DNA of 62,743 nucleotides, the filler included, from Asterionella formosa (taxonomy: Eukaryota), in the NCBI GenBank assembly GCA_002256025.1. It is 15 parts of 15 records of this genome, joined end to end, with 100 filler letters (N's around TTAATTAATTAA, not from the genome) between each part and the next. Parts side by side here need not be neighbours in the genome. Positions count along the whole stretch, not along the records: positions 51,328 to 52,668 come from NKIB01002918.1; positions 52,769 to 54,109 come from NKIB01002919.1; positions 54,210 to 55,549 come from NKIB01002920.1; positions 55,650 to 56,988 come from NKIB01002922.1; positions 57,089 to 58,427 come from NKIB01002923.1; positions 58,528 to 59,866 come from NKIB01002924.1; positions 59,967 to 61,305 come from NKIB01002925.1; positions 61,406 to 62,743 come from NKIB01002926.1; 7 more parts are not named here. One strand, written 5' to 3'. Shown one piece after another: positions 51,328-62,743 of the stretch. Below the pieces are notes generated by a model. It saw only the letters and a list, made by a program, of their open reading frames with translations. It had not been told where the DNA came from and searched no databases. A program made the translations under genes and the position numbers. The first letter of the stretch is position 1, and the number at the start of each line of letters is the position of its first letter.

Positions 51328-52093
51328 ACTTGCAGGAAGAAGAATGCATTCCTGACGAGGAATACTGTGTCGTCGATCCGGAAAGTGGGGAACTCATTCG
51401 TCTCACAGTAGCCGAAAAGGAGCGTATCTTTCTGGACGCGCTTCAGTCCTACTACCGGTATGCCACTGGAAGGCAAATGCTCAAGGATGACGAGTTTGAC
51501 CTATTGAAGGAAGATTTGCAATGGAACGGATCTGACATGGTTGTCATGAACCGAAAGGAAGCCACATATCTCGCCGCCATGCAGGCATAATTGAAAGGTG
51601 AACCGATGATGCCAGATGCTGAGTTTGACGCATTGAAGACGGAGCTCAAAGAAACTGGATCGAAGTTTGCAGTCTCAACATCTCCAAAATGCTACATCGA
51701 CACTGGAATTTGCACTGTTACATTGAAAGAAGACCAATTCAGATCAAATCTTCTCTACCTTCCCGCCATTATTGTTCTCACAAGTGTTTGGCTTGGTATT
51801 GGTTTCGAACTCTTGTCGACTGTGTTGAGAATCAACCCGTTGTTCTTCCTCCTTATTGGCACTCCGTTCCTCTACACCGGATCTAAATTTATTACAGAGG
51901 AGATTCTCTTCCCTGGTAAATTCATTGCTTTCGGGCCTTGCCCCAGCTGTGAAGTTGAGAACCGCGTCTACTTTGGAAAGATCTTGGGTGTGGAGGGTTT
52001 CACTGACATTGCTAAGTCAAGTGTCCTAGCTGCAAAACTGAATTCAGTGTCCAACGTAAGTCATTGCGTGCTTCGACCATTCCGAAAGCATAA
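51328..52093 (+). pseudogene. PGRL1: PGR5-like protein 1 pseudogene (5' end missing at contig edge)
   Basis: EKERIFLDALQSYY, EFDLLKEDLQWNGS, MPDAEFDALK, two TMs, GPCPSCEVENRVYFG; TAA at 51588; 1-bp frameshift near 52017 before KCPSCKTEF. Confidence 0.9.
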
Positions 52094-52152
52094 AAACTCG
52101 CACACAATGAACTCTAGCCACAAGGAGAATATAAACCGAGATAGGCATGGAA

Positions 52153-52668
52153 GTATGTTTCTTGGTTTTGCAACTTTTCAACCATTTCTACTTCTGAAGT
52201 GTTGTCAGCCACGTTTCCGCCGATAATTTCATTCATCGCATGCATTTGTTCATCAAATGAATGAGAATCACTGAGTTCTTCTTGATTATCAGCGATTTCG
52301 GGAGAATGAGGAGCAAAATACGACACTGGATGGTGGAACTATGACTCTGTACGAATAGAGTCTTCATCCACAAAGACCAACAGTTTGGGTTTCCTCTTCG
52401 AAAGCAAGCCAATCTTTCCTTCTCTTCAATCTCAGCCACTATTGTATCGGTATACTTGCTTCATTATTATTTTTTCTGGAGTATTATGAATCTGTTCAAA
52501 TTCATTTGATCTTTGAGTGCATTCAAAGGAATCTTCGATTGATTTCATAAGTTTCTTCATCTTCTCTTCCGAAAAACATAAAGTCGTGTAGTGTAAACAA
52601 TGGAAGTAAGTCTCGTTTCTTGTTTGACTGATCCTTTCCATGAAATCCGTGAAATGCCATTTGGAAAG
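52153..52668 (-). mobile_element. Family B internal fragment
   Basis: Reverse complement colinear with 19924..20430 and 1044..1545. Confidence 0.85.
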
Positions 52669-52768
52669 NNNNNNNNNNNNNNNNNNNNNNNNNNNNNNNN
52701 NNNNNNNNNNNNTTAATTAATTAANNNNNNNNNNNNNNNNNNNNNNNNNNNNNNNNNNNNNNNNNNNN

Positions 52769-53285
52769 CCTTTCCTTCTATTTCTATATTGTACTTGCTC
52801 GACTTATTGCTGTAGACTATTTGTAGCTGCTCCGAAACGGAGAAGGCCATTGCGGCACATCTCAATTTTGACTCACTACGGCGACATGCAAGGTTAAAAT
52901 ATGCAACAGCTGTTTCTGAACGAAATAACGGATTCAATTCCTTATTGTCAGCTACTCAGCATCCTTTCCTTCTTTTTCTATATTGTACTTGCTAGAGTTA
53001 TCGCTGTAGACTATTTGTAGCTGCTCCGAAACGGAGAAGGCCATTGCGGCACATCTCAATTTTGACTCACTACGGCGACATCCAAGGTTGAAATATGCAA
53101 CAGCTGTTTCTTAACGAAATAACGGATTCAATTCCTTATTGTGAGCTACTCAGCATCCTTTCCTTCTTTTCCTATATTGTACTTGCTCGACTTATTGCTG
53201 CAGACTATTTGTAGCTGCTCCGAGACGGAGAAGGCCATTGCGGCGCATCTCAATTTTGACTCACTAGCTACGGCGACATGCAATG
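52769..53285. repeat. Tandem repeat, about 194-bp unit, about 2.7 copies (degenerate coding-like, possibly ankyrin)
   Basis: Units start CCTTTCCTTCT near 52769, 52963 and 53157; minus strand LHVAV motif. Confidence 0.8.
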
Positions 53286-53700
53286 CTAAACGATGCTCAA
53301 CGAGGACCAACAGTGCTTTATTTCCAATCTGGCAGGCTATTGTAATCTCTACAATCAACAATGACTTAATTATGTGTCTACAACATCAACTACTACTACT
53401 ACGTGTGCTGAATTCTACAGTGTGAATCTTCCTCTTGCATGTGTTATTCTTTGCCAGTTCAGATCAAAGTGATATGTCGGAGCGGAAAAAATAATAAGTG
53501 TATCGGAATTGGCGACTCTTTCGTTCATTATATGGTGAAAGCAGCATAATATTGCGGCAGAGCAGCATAATTTCGCTTTTAAACTGTTGCGATGGCTAGT
53601 TGGTCAACATATATTGTCACGAACACACATAATTATTGGTGTGATCACATAATTATTCGATAAGTGAAATAAATTTTTGTTTAACCCGAATAAATTAGGG

Positions 53701-53776
53701 AAAAAGTAGCATAATATTTCAAAAAAGTAACATAATATTTTAGAAAAGTAACATAATATTTTAAAAAAGTAGCATA
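53701..53776. repeat. Minisatellite AAAAGTA(G/A)CATAATATTT, 20-21 bp, about 4 copies
   Basis: Directly visible; related GCAGCATAAT at 53541 and near 53560. Confidence 0.85.
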
Positions 53777-54209
53777 AATACGTCACTTTACACATAAATT
53801 CGAAAAAGTGCCGTAAACGGCGTCTTAGATGTACTTTCAGTTGATGCAGTAGTAGTGCTGGCAGGAGGCGAACTAGAACTTGTAGACATAATCATAGTAT
53901 TAATGGAAGAATGATAATGAATTTTTCTGCTATAGCTGTAATTTTCTACACCTTCCATTGTCAGCATAGATATTTCGCTTTTTTGTGATTCTTCATGCAC
54001 ATCCTCCTCAGCAGGCTGTTTGTCCATGCTGGTAGCTACTGGTGCCACCAGATAACCTCAATTTCCTTAGAAAGTATTTCACTTTCTGTGTAGTCACCCA
54101 TGGGACAAGNNNNNNNNNNNNNNNNNNNNNNNNNNNNNNNNNNNNNNNNNNNNTTAATTAATTAANNNNNNNNNNNNNNNNNNNNNNNNNNNNNNNNNNN
54201 NNNNNNNNN

Positions 54210-55549
54210 GAACCAAATCGAAACCGAGCCTGCTTTTGATTGGTGGGTTCCAATGGTTTTAAGACGCAAGAAACGAATCATCAGGGCAACACAGAGTAGA
54301 CACCACCGAGCTGGTTTTAAATTTGGGGTTCAAATGCCAAGTAGCATTCCCGATGCAGCAAGGTTGGACCATGAAAATGGTAATACACTTTGGATGGATG
54401 CTCTCCGCAAGGAGATGTCTGCAGTGATGATAGCTTTTGAAGTTCAGCCAGAAAAGGCAACCCACGTTCCTGGGTACAAAAAGATTCCGGGACATATAGT
54501 CTGGGATGTCAAGATGGACTTCACGCGCAAGGCTAGGTATGTGGCAGGAGGTCATAGGACTGACCCCCCAAAGGCAATCACATATTCAAGTGTCGTTTCT
54601 AGGGAGACAATTCGCATTGCCTTGTTGGTTGCCGGTCTAAATGGATTAAATCTACGGCTGACAGACATTGGGAATGCTTATTTAACAGCGCCTGTGACAG
54701 AGCGTTATTATGTTGTGGCAGGGGACGAATTTGGCCCGCTGAAAGGTCGTGTGCTGAAGATCGTTCGTGCTCTTTATGGTCTGAAGTCTGCTGGTGCCAC
54801 CTTTCGGGCACATCTGGCTTCTGTGTTACGTGATCACTTGCATTTCTATGCTTGTGAGGCTGATCCAGATCTGTGGTTGAGGAAAGCAACAAAACTGGAT
54901 GGCTCAGCATACTATGAATATGCATTGGTCTACGTCGATGATGTTATGCTCATTTCAGCGGCAGCTGATGAGTTAGTCAAAGAATTAGCTTGTTATTTTA
55001 CACTTAAGGTTGTTGAAGATCCAGGGAACGCACCTTGCCGCTATCTAGGCGCAATGGTTGGTCAGTATCAATTTGGTGATGGGTCATTGGCATGGTCAAT
55101 GTCAGCAGAGGATTATCTCACCAAGGCTATTCCGACTATTGAGGAAGCTTGGGATGAAAAGTTATGCCGTAAGGCGTCCTCACCCCTACCAGCTGGATAC
55201 CATCCTGAGATTGATGTCAGCCCCCTTTTGAGTGAGGATGATGTATCCTTGTACGCTAGTTATATTGGAATCCTACAATGGGCGACTGAGTTAGCGCGAA
55301 TTGATTTGATGCATTCGGTGGCGCTCATGTCGAGATTTAGGAATGCTCCGCGTGAGGGACACATGGAGGCAGTGCTCCGCATATTTGGTTATGTGAAAGG
55401 GCATCTGCGGTCACGGCTTGTCTTTGATCCAGCATATAGGGATTGGACTACAGTCGATTGGTATGACGGTGCTGATTGGAAAGAATTCTACCCTGATGCT
55501 GTTGAGTTGATTCCACCAGGTGCACCAGAGGCTCTTGGAAATGAGGTAC
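54210..55549 (+). mobile_element. Ty1/copia (CoDi-like) reverse transcriptase, open across the contig
   Basis: KFGVQMP, RKARYVAGGH, TYSSVVSRETIR, DIGNAYL, ALYGLKSAG, YVDD, RIDL motifs. Confidence 0.95.
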
Positions 55550-56362
55550 NNNNNNNNNNNNNNNNNNNNNNNNNNNNNNNNNNNNNNNNNNNNTTAATTA
55601 ATTAANNNNNNNNNNNNNNNNNNNNNNNNNNNNNNNNNNNNNNNNNNNNATATTGCTTAACCGGATCAATACATTGATAGACATTGAGCATATGGAAGAA
55701 GAAGAGCTGAATAGGAGAGTAGTTCCCAAGAAATTCATTTCGAAGAATCAAGTAGCACAAAAGATAGACGTCATAAGTGCGTGATTAACAACAGATTTGA
55801 TGGCAGACTCCAAGCCAAGTTAATTACTTTAGGATTTTAGGAGGCTGAACAGACAAGATGATCAAATCTGTGGATCCAAATGATATAGTTTTCGATTGCA
55901 GTGCGAACAACGCTATGATAGGGAAACGAATTTATATGTTCTTGATAATTTGCATATTGTGACGGCACCTGAAAAATGCAAGGTACCAACTCCCACTACA
56001 GAATATTCTTTTAAACCTTATATCGCATGGAGTAATTGGTAATTACGAGTAGCTATGGATTACTCAGAATGGTAGCAAGGACTCGAATTCTTCTACTGGT
56101 GACTTCAGAGCGAAAGTGCCATAGGAAAACCGGTATTGCTAAGAATGGGTTCCATAGCAATAGAACGTACTCTCATGCGTTTGATGACCTTGGGAAATGT
56201 AAGAGTTTCGATACAATGGGATCAGCAGCACATTTGATCAATCGACTGAAGTGTCATAGCCTGGTTGATGTAAAGCAAAGATATATCTACATACTAACGA
56301 CAACGCTAGAAACATGAATCAGACTTATTTGCTCATGGTTGGTACAAGGAGAAATGCCAACC

Positions 56363-56988
56363 CTAATTGATAATATATTTCCCGTTACCCATCATGACGT
56401 CGTCACTATCAATCGTACTCGCATCGTACGATCTGTGCCGCTGAAACGATAAGCCAGCGAAACCTCCACTACTTGCCAATGCATCCTGGAATAAGACTTG
56501 ATTCTTGGTGAACAAGTCCAAAGCTTGCGAGAGTGCATTGACTTTGCTTTCCAATCGAGCGATGGCTATTGCTTGTTGCGAATCATTGGACAAGTCCAAA
56601 TGGGCCTCTGGAATCGGTGCCAAAAGTTTCTTTTCTATTGATTCATCATTGAGATTCATGAGGGCTTCTACGACAACGGCAATAAGGAGACTCATCAAAA
56701 CAACGGTTGTCGCAATGAATGACGAGAAAATAATCCACACCCAGCCCTTCTCTGCCATGCTCTCATTTGCAATATCCGACCATCCATCCAAAGTCATAAT
56801 TTGAATGAGCGTCCAGGAAGTTATATCCAATCTTCTAAACTCTTGCTGAGTCTCCTTGAACAGGTCCGTAAAAACAATAGAATAAATATACAGCGAGAAA
56901 ATCAACAGGAGGAAGATGGCTCCGATTCTTTTCATGGCTCGCCCAACGGAAAGCACGATATCTCGTAAAGGCTTCAGCTTGGTAGCTA
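56363..56988 (-). CDS. Single-domain voltage-gated cation channel (EukCatA/BacNav-like), 3' part
   Basis: S5, pore TLIQIMTLDGWSDI, S6 LLIAVVVEAL, C-terminal coiled coil IARLESKVNALSQAL. Confidence 0.75.
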
Positions 56989-57088
56989 NNNNNNNNNNNN
57001 NNNNNNNNNNNNNNNNNNNNNNNNNNNNNNNNTTAATTAATTAANNNNNNNNNNNNNNNNNNNNNNNNNNNNNNNNNNNNNNNNNNNN

Positions 57089-57353
57089 ACCAATAGTGGA
57101 TATTACGGCCGTGCTCGTTATCGACAGTGAGGTATCCAGAGAACTGTTTGAATCCAGGGTCGTATGAGAGACCGGGTAGGTTGGTAATGAGGTCGTGTTT
57201 GGCTTCGTCTGTGTAGTTTGCTGAGCGGATATCGTGTACCGCATGCGAAATTTCGGCGGTGCTTCTAAAATCTTGAGCTGATCTATAGCTGAAATGGCTT
57301 AGGGTGGCACTAATCGTGGCGCCGATGCCTATTGCGGAAATAGTTGATGTCAT
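57089..57353 (-). CDS. Serine carboxypeptidase (S10), 5' part
   Basis: DLITNLPGLSYDPGFKQFSGYLTVD...RNIHYW. Confidence 0.9.
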
Positions 57354-57449
57354 GGTCTATTTCTGTTCTATTTTGTGACACTATGATTTTCGCTGTTTTC
57401 ATTCTGACGTTTTTGATGTATTTTACCAGTATGCCAATGAATTGCTGAA

Positions 57450-57613
57450 GGCAATTCCCGCTCCAGCTACCGTCTTCCCATTCGGGTACTTCTTAAGTAA
57501 TTTTTAGGCTCTAAGTAATTTCTTAAGTAATTTTTTTTTAAAGGGCAATATGGGGCACATCGAATTTTTCGGCAATAAAATTGCCGATTTTAGCATGACA
57601 ACCAGAATAACGG
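57450..57613 (-). mobile_element. Right end of family C, interrupted at TAA by family D
   Basis: Reverse complement matches 9905..10065. Confidence 0.85.
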
Positions 57614-57616
57614 TAA

Positions 57617-57815
57617 GGCCGTTGCTAACGGTGGACCAAAACCCAAACCAAACAGTGTTTTGGTTTCGGTAACCCTAAAAAACGATGCTAACGGGAGTGA
57701 AAAACCCAACGCAAACGCATTACGTTTAGGGGATTCCGTGCCCATATCCCAATAAGTTACCCAAACGCATTACGTTTAGGTTTTTTTTTCCCAAAGTTAC
57801 CTAAACGTAGGATTC
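57617..57815 (+). mobile_element. Family D Harbinger-like terminus with AACGCATTACGTTTAGG subterminal repeats
   Basis: TAA|GGCCGTTGCTAAC; repeats near 57714 and 57764; inner boundary approximate. Confidence 0.65.
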
Positions 57816-58527
57816 CATATTGACTACTTTGAATGTAGTCACTAGAAACCCAATTATTATCATCGTAGAATCAGTAGATATAGGACGCATCATTTACCAG
57901 TATATCATACATAGATAGCTAGACGGTACTCTGGTATCTGGTACCAGGGGACCACACTGTCAAGAACAACAACAACAAATCATCTCGGATTTCACCACAA
58001 TCAACATGTCATCATCAAACCCACATTTCACCAACATGGCACACATATGTACCATATCAACGATATTGTGGAACTTGTCCAACCAACTCGCCAAGATCAT
58101 CTACTCCAAGGCAAGTGCCCTATGTTCCATGGTTTTACTCCATCTGCCTGGCGTACCAAGGTTTGATATTCAATTGCTACTTTTTATATAGAAACTTCCT
58201 TTATTTAAACTCCTTCAATTTGCAATTCGTACTTGTAACTGTATCGGGCGTCATCACTTATCAAAAAGCCAACTCGATCCACCAGATAATCAATTTGCTT
58301 GTCATCACAGTCCGCAGGTCCAGTCCAGCCGCTTGTACCTGTCGTCGCTCGCTTCTTGGAATGCAACAGCTCCACGTCATATGACTCAATCCAGACTTCA
58401 AACACATTATCTTCCTCTCTTGCATGANNNNNNNNNNNNNNNNNNNNNNNNNNNNNNNNNNNNNNNNNNNNTTAATTAATTAANNNNNNNNNNNNNNNNN
58501 NNNNNNNNNNNNNNNNNNNNNNNNNNN

Positions 58528-59866
58528 TATACCTTTGATCATAACATATTGATCATATGATAAACGGTGTCGTTGATGAGAAAATGAACAATCAAAATTT
58601 ATTTTCAAGAATCAGGATTAATTGATCTTAAAAATATGATCAAATGATCCTAAACACATGAGCATATTCAGTTTTCCACTGCACTATTGTGGTATTTCCA
58701 TGATGGAATTAATTACCAGCAATTATACAGTACTACCGGTAGGCCATATAAATTTTGGTCAATATGTCTATATTCATAAATGTATGATTTCGACCATTTG
58801 AAAAATTGGTGATGACTCCCGTTTATTAAGGGGCTAAATTAAATCAGCCACTGACTTGTAGGTACAAGAATTGACACACAAAAAATTGAAAAAACTCAAC
58901 AGGTCGTGGAAAACTATGAACTCATCATGAATTGTATATATTTGAACTATGTATAATCAAAATTGATATTAGTATACACAGGTTGTGCCGTATAATGAGC
59001 ATGTTTAAAACTATGCAAATGTTCAACTATGTATACATTTAAACTTCTTACAAATCTTTATATATATGTATTCATGGCTGAAACATTTGAAATTATGTTT
59101 TCATGTTCCTTGTCATGCATACACTTTGCCTCCTGAATTGAAGGATTAGCACAGATGATGACGCGGAAAACGAAAGTGATAATAAAGCACAATGATACTT
59201 GCGGCTTAGAAGAGAAGGGCGGAATCAATTGATGGTAAGTCAAGAGCAAATGCCTTTCATGTTCCTTGTCATGCTGCATCCACTTCCTCAAATGAAGGAT
59301 CTCAAGCAACACATGACGCGAAAAACTGAAGTGACAATACAGCACGATAAGAATGAGTGAATATGATGGAAAAGGGCGGAATCAGTTTTGTCAAGAGCAA
59401 ATGCCAAGATGATCAATTGCTGGGATTACAAATACGGAATGACTCGTCCCCTTTCAGTGATTCAAAAGCTCCTTTTCGATTTGGTGGCTGGCCAACCATC
59501 AATGTGGACAAAAGAAATCGGTAAGTTCTGCCTATCAGCCATCTTTGGATCAATCTACAACTGTTAGAATAACTGACACATATGTGTTGCTTCTTTCAGG
59601 ATAATGGTAGACAAACAGTATTTGTAAGTTACAAAGAGCAGCGTTGGAGCCCATTTATTGATCGATACCTTGTTTCTCATTCAATCTTCGACTGACACAT
59701 TCTTCTACAGAAATATGCATCAGTTACTTCCTTAATTTGTGGTAAGTGAAGCAAGATAGAAGCGAAATGAATGTTGTTGTGTAAGCAAAACATGAACAGC
59801 TAACAATGAATTGCTTCTCTTTGTTAGTATGGCTGATTGGAACAACAAAACGGATTCAATAGTGCG
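58528..59866 (-). mobile_element. Family A internal segment (uninterrupted copy)
   Basis: 58991..59866 matches 16760..18029; continues past the TA where family B is inserted in the other copy. Confidence 0.8.
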
Positions 59867-59966
59867 NNNNNNNNNNNNNNNNNNNNNNNNNNNNNNNNNN
59901 NNNNNNNNNNTTAATTAATTAANNNNNNNNNNNNNNNNNNNNNNNNNNNNNNNNNNNNNNNNNNNN

Positions 59967-61305
59967 GAGGCCTTGAGGGTCGTGACTTTAGGTACCGCTT
60001 TGGCCTTTGCCTTAGCTAGTGCGCAGCCTTCACACGACTGAATCTTGCCCGTAGGTTCAATACCGAGGGACTTTAGCGTTGCGCGAAGGGATGCCTCGCT
60101 GATGTGGCCATATTTGTCGTGGGCCTCGTTGATGTCAATTTGCGTTGGTTTCTTCGTAGATTTTGCCGTAGGAAGTTGCGTCACTGTCTTGGTATTTGTT
60201 GGAGTAGGATCAGGTGCACGGTTTGTTGTCGAGTCGTGGATAGACAGGACCGTTTCGGATTGTAGGGTACGTTTTCCCTTGAAGTAGTAAAGGACGCCTT
60301 GATCCTCACAAGAAAAGGTTAGTTCGTTGTCGTACCCTTCCTTATGTAGACTCAACTCAGACCCCTTCATGCGTGCCTCGCACCCTCCGTTCTTGACAAA
60401 TTGCCCGATGCTGACGATATTCTTGTGGAAGTGTGGAGTGTAGAGTACCTTGCGTAGTAACATGGAGCACGTCTTGTTGGTAATCAGAATATCACCTCGT
60501 TTCGTGCATACCACCTCTTTACCGTCACCGACAATGACCGAGACGTTGACATTTTCGACGTTTGTCATGTATTCGTCAGTCATAGTGATGTGTGTGGTAG
60601 CCCCAGTGTCCGCGAGCCAGCGCTCCGTTCCGTTGCTTGATGCGCAGTATTGGTCTTCGTACCACTCGTCTTCCATTGTAGGGACGAAACACACGCGTAA
60701 GAGTTCTTCAGTAGGAGTCTCGGTAGCTTTCTGCGTCACGTCCATGGTACCGGGGATATCTTCCGTCGCCTCCATATCAGTAATCTCCTCGCACATTCCC
60801 ACGTACATTCCGGTTTCTTTTTTCTTCTCGCCGCGTGGTGCGCGTTTTGGTTCCGGGCAGTCTCTTGCAATATGCCCGACATATTTATTGCAATTGTAGC
60901 ACTTTATCTCATTTTTTTCGTTCGTACCGTTTGCATTCGTTCCGCTTGTGTTCGTTTTTGATCGGCACACGTCGGCCTTGTGCCCTTGTTTGCCGCAGTT
61001 CTTGCAGATACCTCTGTATTTCTGCGTGAATAGGGCGATCTCCTTTGTGCTCTTCGTGCCCTTTAGCTTTCGTTTGTAGAATGCTCGGATCTTTCCTTTC
61101 AATTCGTTGAGGCTGATTGTTGTCATGCCCTCGACGACTGTAACAACCTCGCTGTACTCCACTGGAAGCTTGTCGATTACGTTCGCAATCACTTCCATTT
61201 CTTTCTTCTCAAATGACGGGTCGATCGCCATCATCTTGCTTTGTATTAGATCGAGCTCAATGAACCATTCGTCTGGATCAGAGGAGCTATCGTTCAGCTT
61301 GCATT
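59967..61305 (-). mobile_element. Ty1/copia gag-pol segment (gag, two CCHC knuckles, protease, pre-integrase)
   Basis: DKLPVEY, CKNCGKQGHKADVC, CYNCNKYVGHIARDC, WLADTGATTHIT, HDKYGH...CEGCALAK; open frame. Confidence 0.95.
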
Positions 61306-61405
61306 NNNNNNNNNNNNNNNNNNNNNNNNNNNNNNNNNNNNNNNNNNNNTTAATTAATTAANNNNNNNNNNNNNNNNNNNNNNNNNNNNNNNNNNNNNNN
61401 NNNNN

Positions 61406-62430
61406 TCGTCTGGATAGCTGATAATCAGGCGTTTGTGACACCTCAGAGTTTAAATGGTTCGCTGCGACAGTAAAGGTAATACCGGTTTTATTGAGCTGGT
61501 ATCTGAGTTGAGCGACTGCGGCAGATAAGCCGGAGCTCTGCACTTTGGACAATAGCTTGTCTACTTTCGCTCTCTTGGACAAAGGCTCGTTCTCTTCTTC
61601 GAAGATCGTGAACATACGTTGTAGTGAATCCAAGAACTTGTTAAAAGGTAATGAACGCTTGGTCTTGTAGTGGAGGGACGATTGAATCTTCTTGGCGTCG
61701 GCAATCCTACGCGTGGAATTTCCTTCGCCAGCGTAGTGCCGCCTCAATGCGACCATGTCCCTACAACCATCCTGATAACAAGAGATAGAACAAATCCAAT
61801 TTTCTGTCTGTTCGCCCTGTAGAAAACCAAGTAACAATGTATGCACACGTCTCGCATCCGCGATGTAATACTGACCGTTAAGGGGGGCACAATTGATCAT
61901 GCGCTCGTTGAATGAGCCATAATCGGCCTCAGCTTTGGGATCCTCCGCTTCTCTTACCACGTAAGACAACGGTATGCCGCTAACGCCAGGAATGACAGCC
62001 AAGTAGTTGATAAAGGCCTTTTCCCACTCAGGCCACTTCCTCTCATCTTTAAATTTTCCCGGATTGGCAGCCTTGGAATTAGTAGCCACAAGATCCATGT
62101 CGGACTTCCTGATCTGCGCAAGGCTCAACAATTGATACAGAATCTCAACATTGAAATCATTCTGTTCCGGAACGTTGTTAACTCGATGGCAATCCTGGAC
62201 CGCATAACACCTGTCAATTTCTTTGTGCATCCAAGTCCAAAAACAAACTTACCGTTTGCCACGCTAAGCTTCCCAAATTCGTCCACCATGTCACGAATGT
62301 CCTTTTCTACTAGATAACGGAAATCCTCAAACTCGCTAATACCTGCTGCCATGATGTTCGTATGTTCGACAGCAACCTCAAAACCGATTGCCAACAGAAT
62401 GTGGGCGACTCCGACCAAGTTGTTCGCCAT
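61406..62430 (-). mobile_element. CoDi-type copia gag, frameshifted
   Basis: PGKFKDERKWPEWEKAFINYL..IPGVSGIPLSYVVR, LRRHYAGEG; frame switch near 62200. Confidence 0.8.
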
Positions 62431-62743
62431 GATAATGAGTAGATTTGCTGGGAAAAGAGAATGGTAGTAATTCGCAAACGGAAACGCATGTCGTCAGTGG
62501 ATTCCCGCTGAAACGAATAGTCTTTGTGTGCAGGCAGCACAGTTACGCCAATGCCGTCGTTGAGTGATCAGTTCAACTCCGGCCACAATCGCTATCGCTC
62601 ACTGGTCGTCTGCAGATACCCGTCGGTACGACTCGAGTGCACACGGTCACCGAAGCCTGCGAATGATTGTCATCATCCAAATTCGGTATGCACACGTGAC
62701 ACTACATACTGAATATGAAAAATTTGTTACGAACACGTGACAC

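Noticed and set aside
52769..53776. CRISPR-like array
   Set aside because: Units are contiguous tandem copies without unique spacers; no cas genes; eukaryotic context
21980..61405. Regularly spaced TTAATTAATTAA palindromes with about 1.44-kb period, resembling an array or piggyBac targets
   Set aside because: Artificial 100-bp contig linkers embedded in Ns; the period reflects length-sorted contigs
54210..62430. RT, gag-protease and gag segments as one retrotransposon, or linked to the Crypton recombinase as a DIRS-like element
   Set aside because: They lie on separate concatenated contigs and look like different copia lineages; no physical linkage is shown

Overview
This is eukaryotic nuclear DNA, most likely a diatom. 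Evidence: short GT-AG introns with CTAAC-like branch points, PGRL1, a SAF-type plastid-targeting motif, CoDi-like Ty1/copia elements and a single-domain EukCatA-like channel. The window is not one locus. It is 15 contigs (about 22 kb, 22 kb, then thirteen of about 1.34 kb) joined by artificial 100-bp N-TTAATTAATTAA-N linkers, so adjacency across linkers is meaningless. Host genes: Tweety-like membrane protein, LRR fragment, GDP-mannose 3',5'-epimerase, Tubby/LURP-like protein, CRAL-TRIO protein, TTI1-like HEAT protein, tail-anchored WCPPC nucleoredoxin, a possible ERCC1/SPO16-like protein, HAT-repeat protein, PGRL1 pseudogene, ion channel and serine carboxypeptidase. The rest is dense transposon material: copia gag/pol pieces, solo-LTR-like repeats, Harbinger and mariner remnants, and a Crypton-like tyrosine recombinase. 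The most interesting signal is two related large DNA-transposon families with TA|CCG(T/C)CTG(C/T)AAATAAAAA termini, nested in each other and in copia elements; one carries a Ulp1/SENP-like protease ORF. Alongside them are pervasive TA-CCGG-TA, TA-CCWGG-TA and TA-GC-TA micro-insertions. Comparison of paralogous repeat copies shows several are insertions at TA sites, i.e. probable excision footprints, one of them in-frame in PGRL1. All family assignments come from motif recognition, not database searches.
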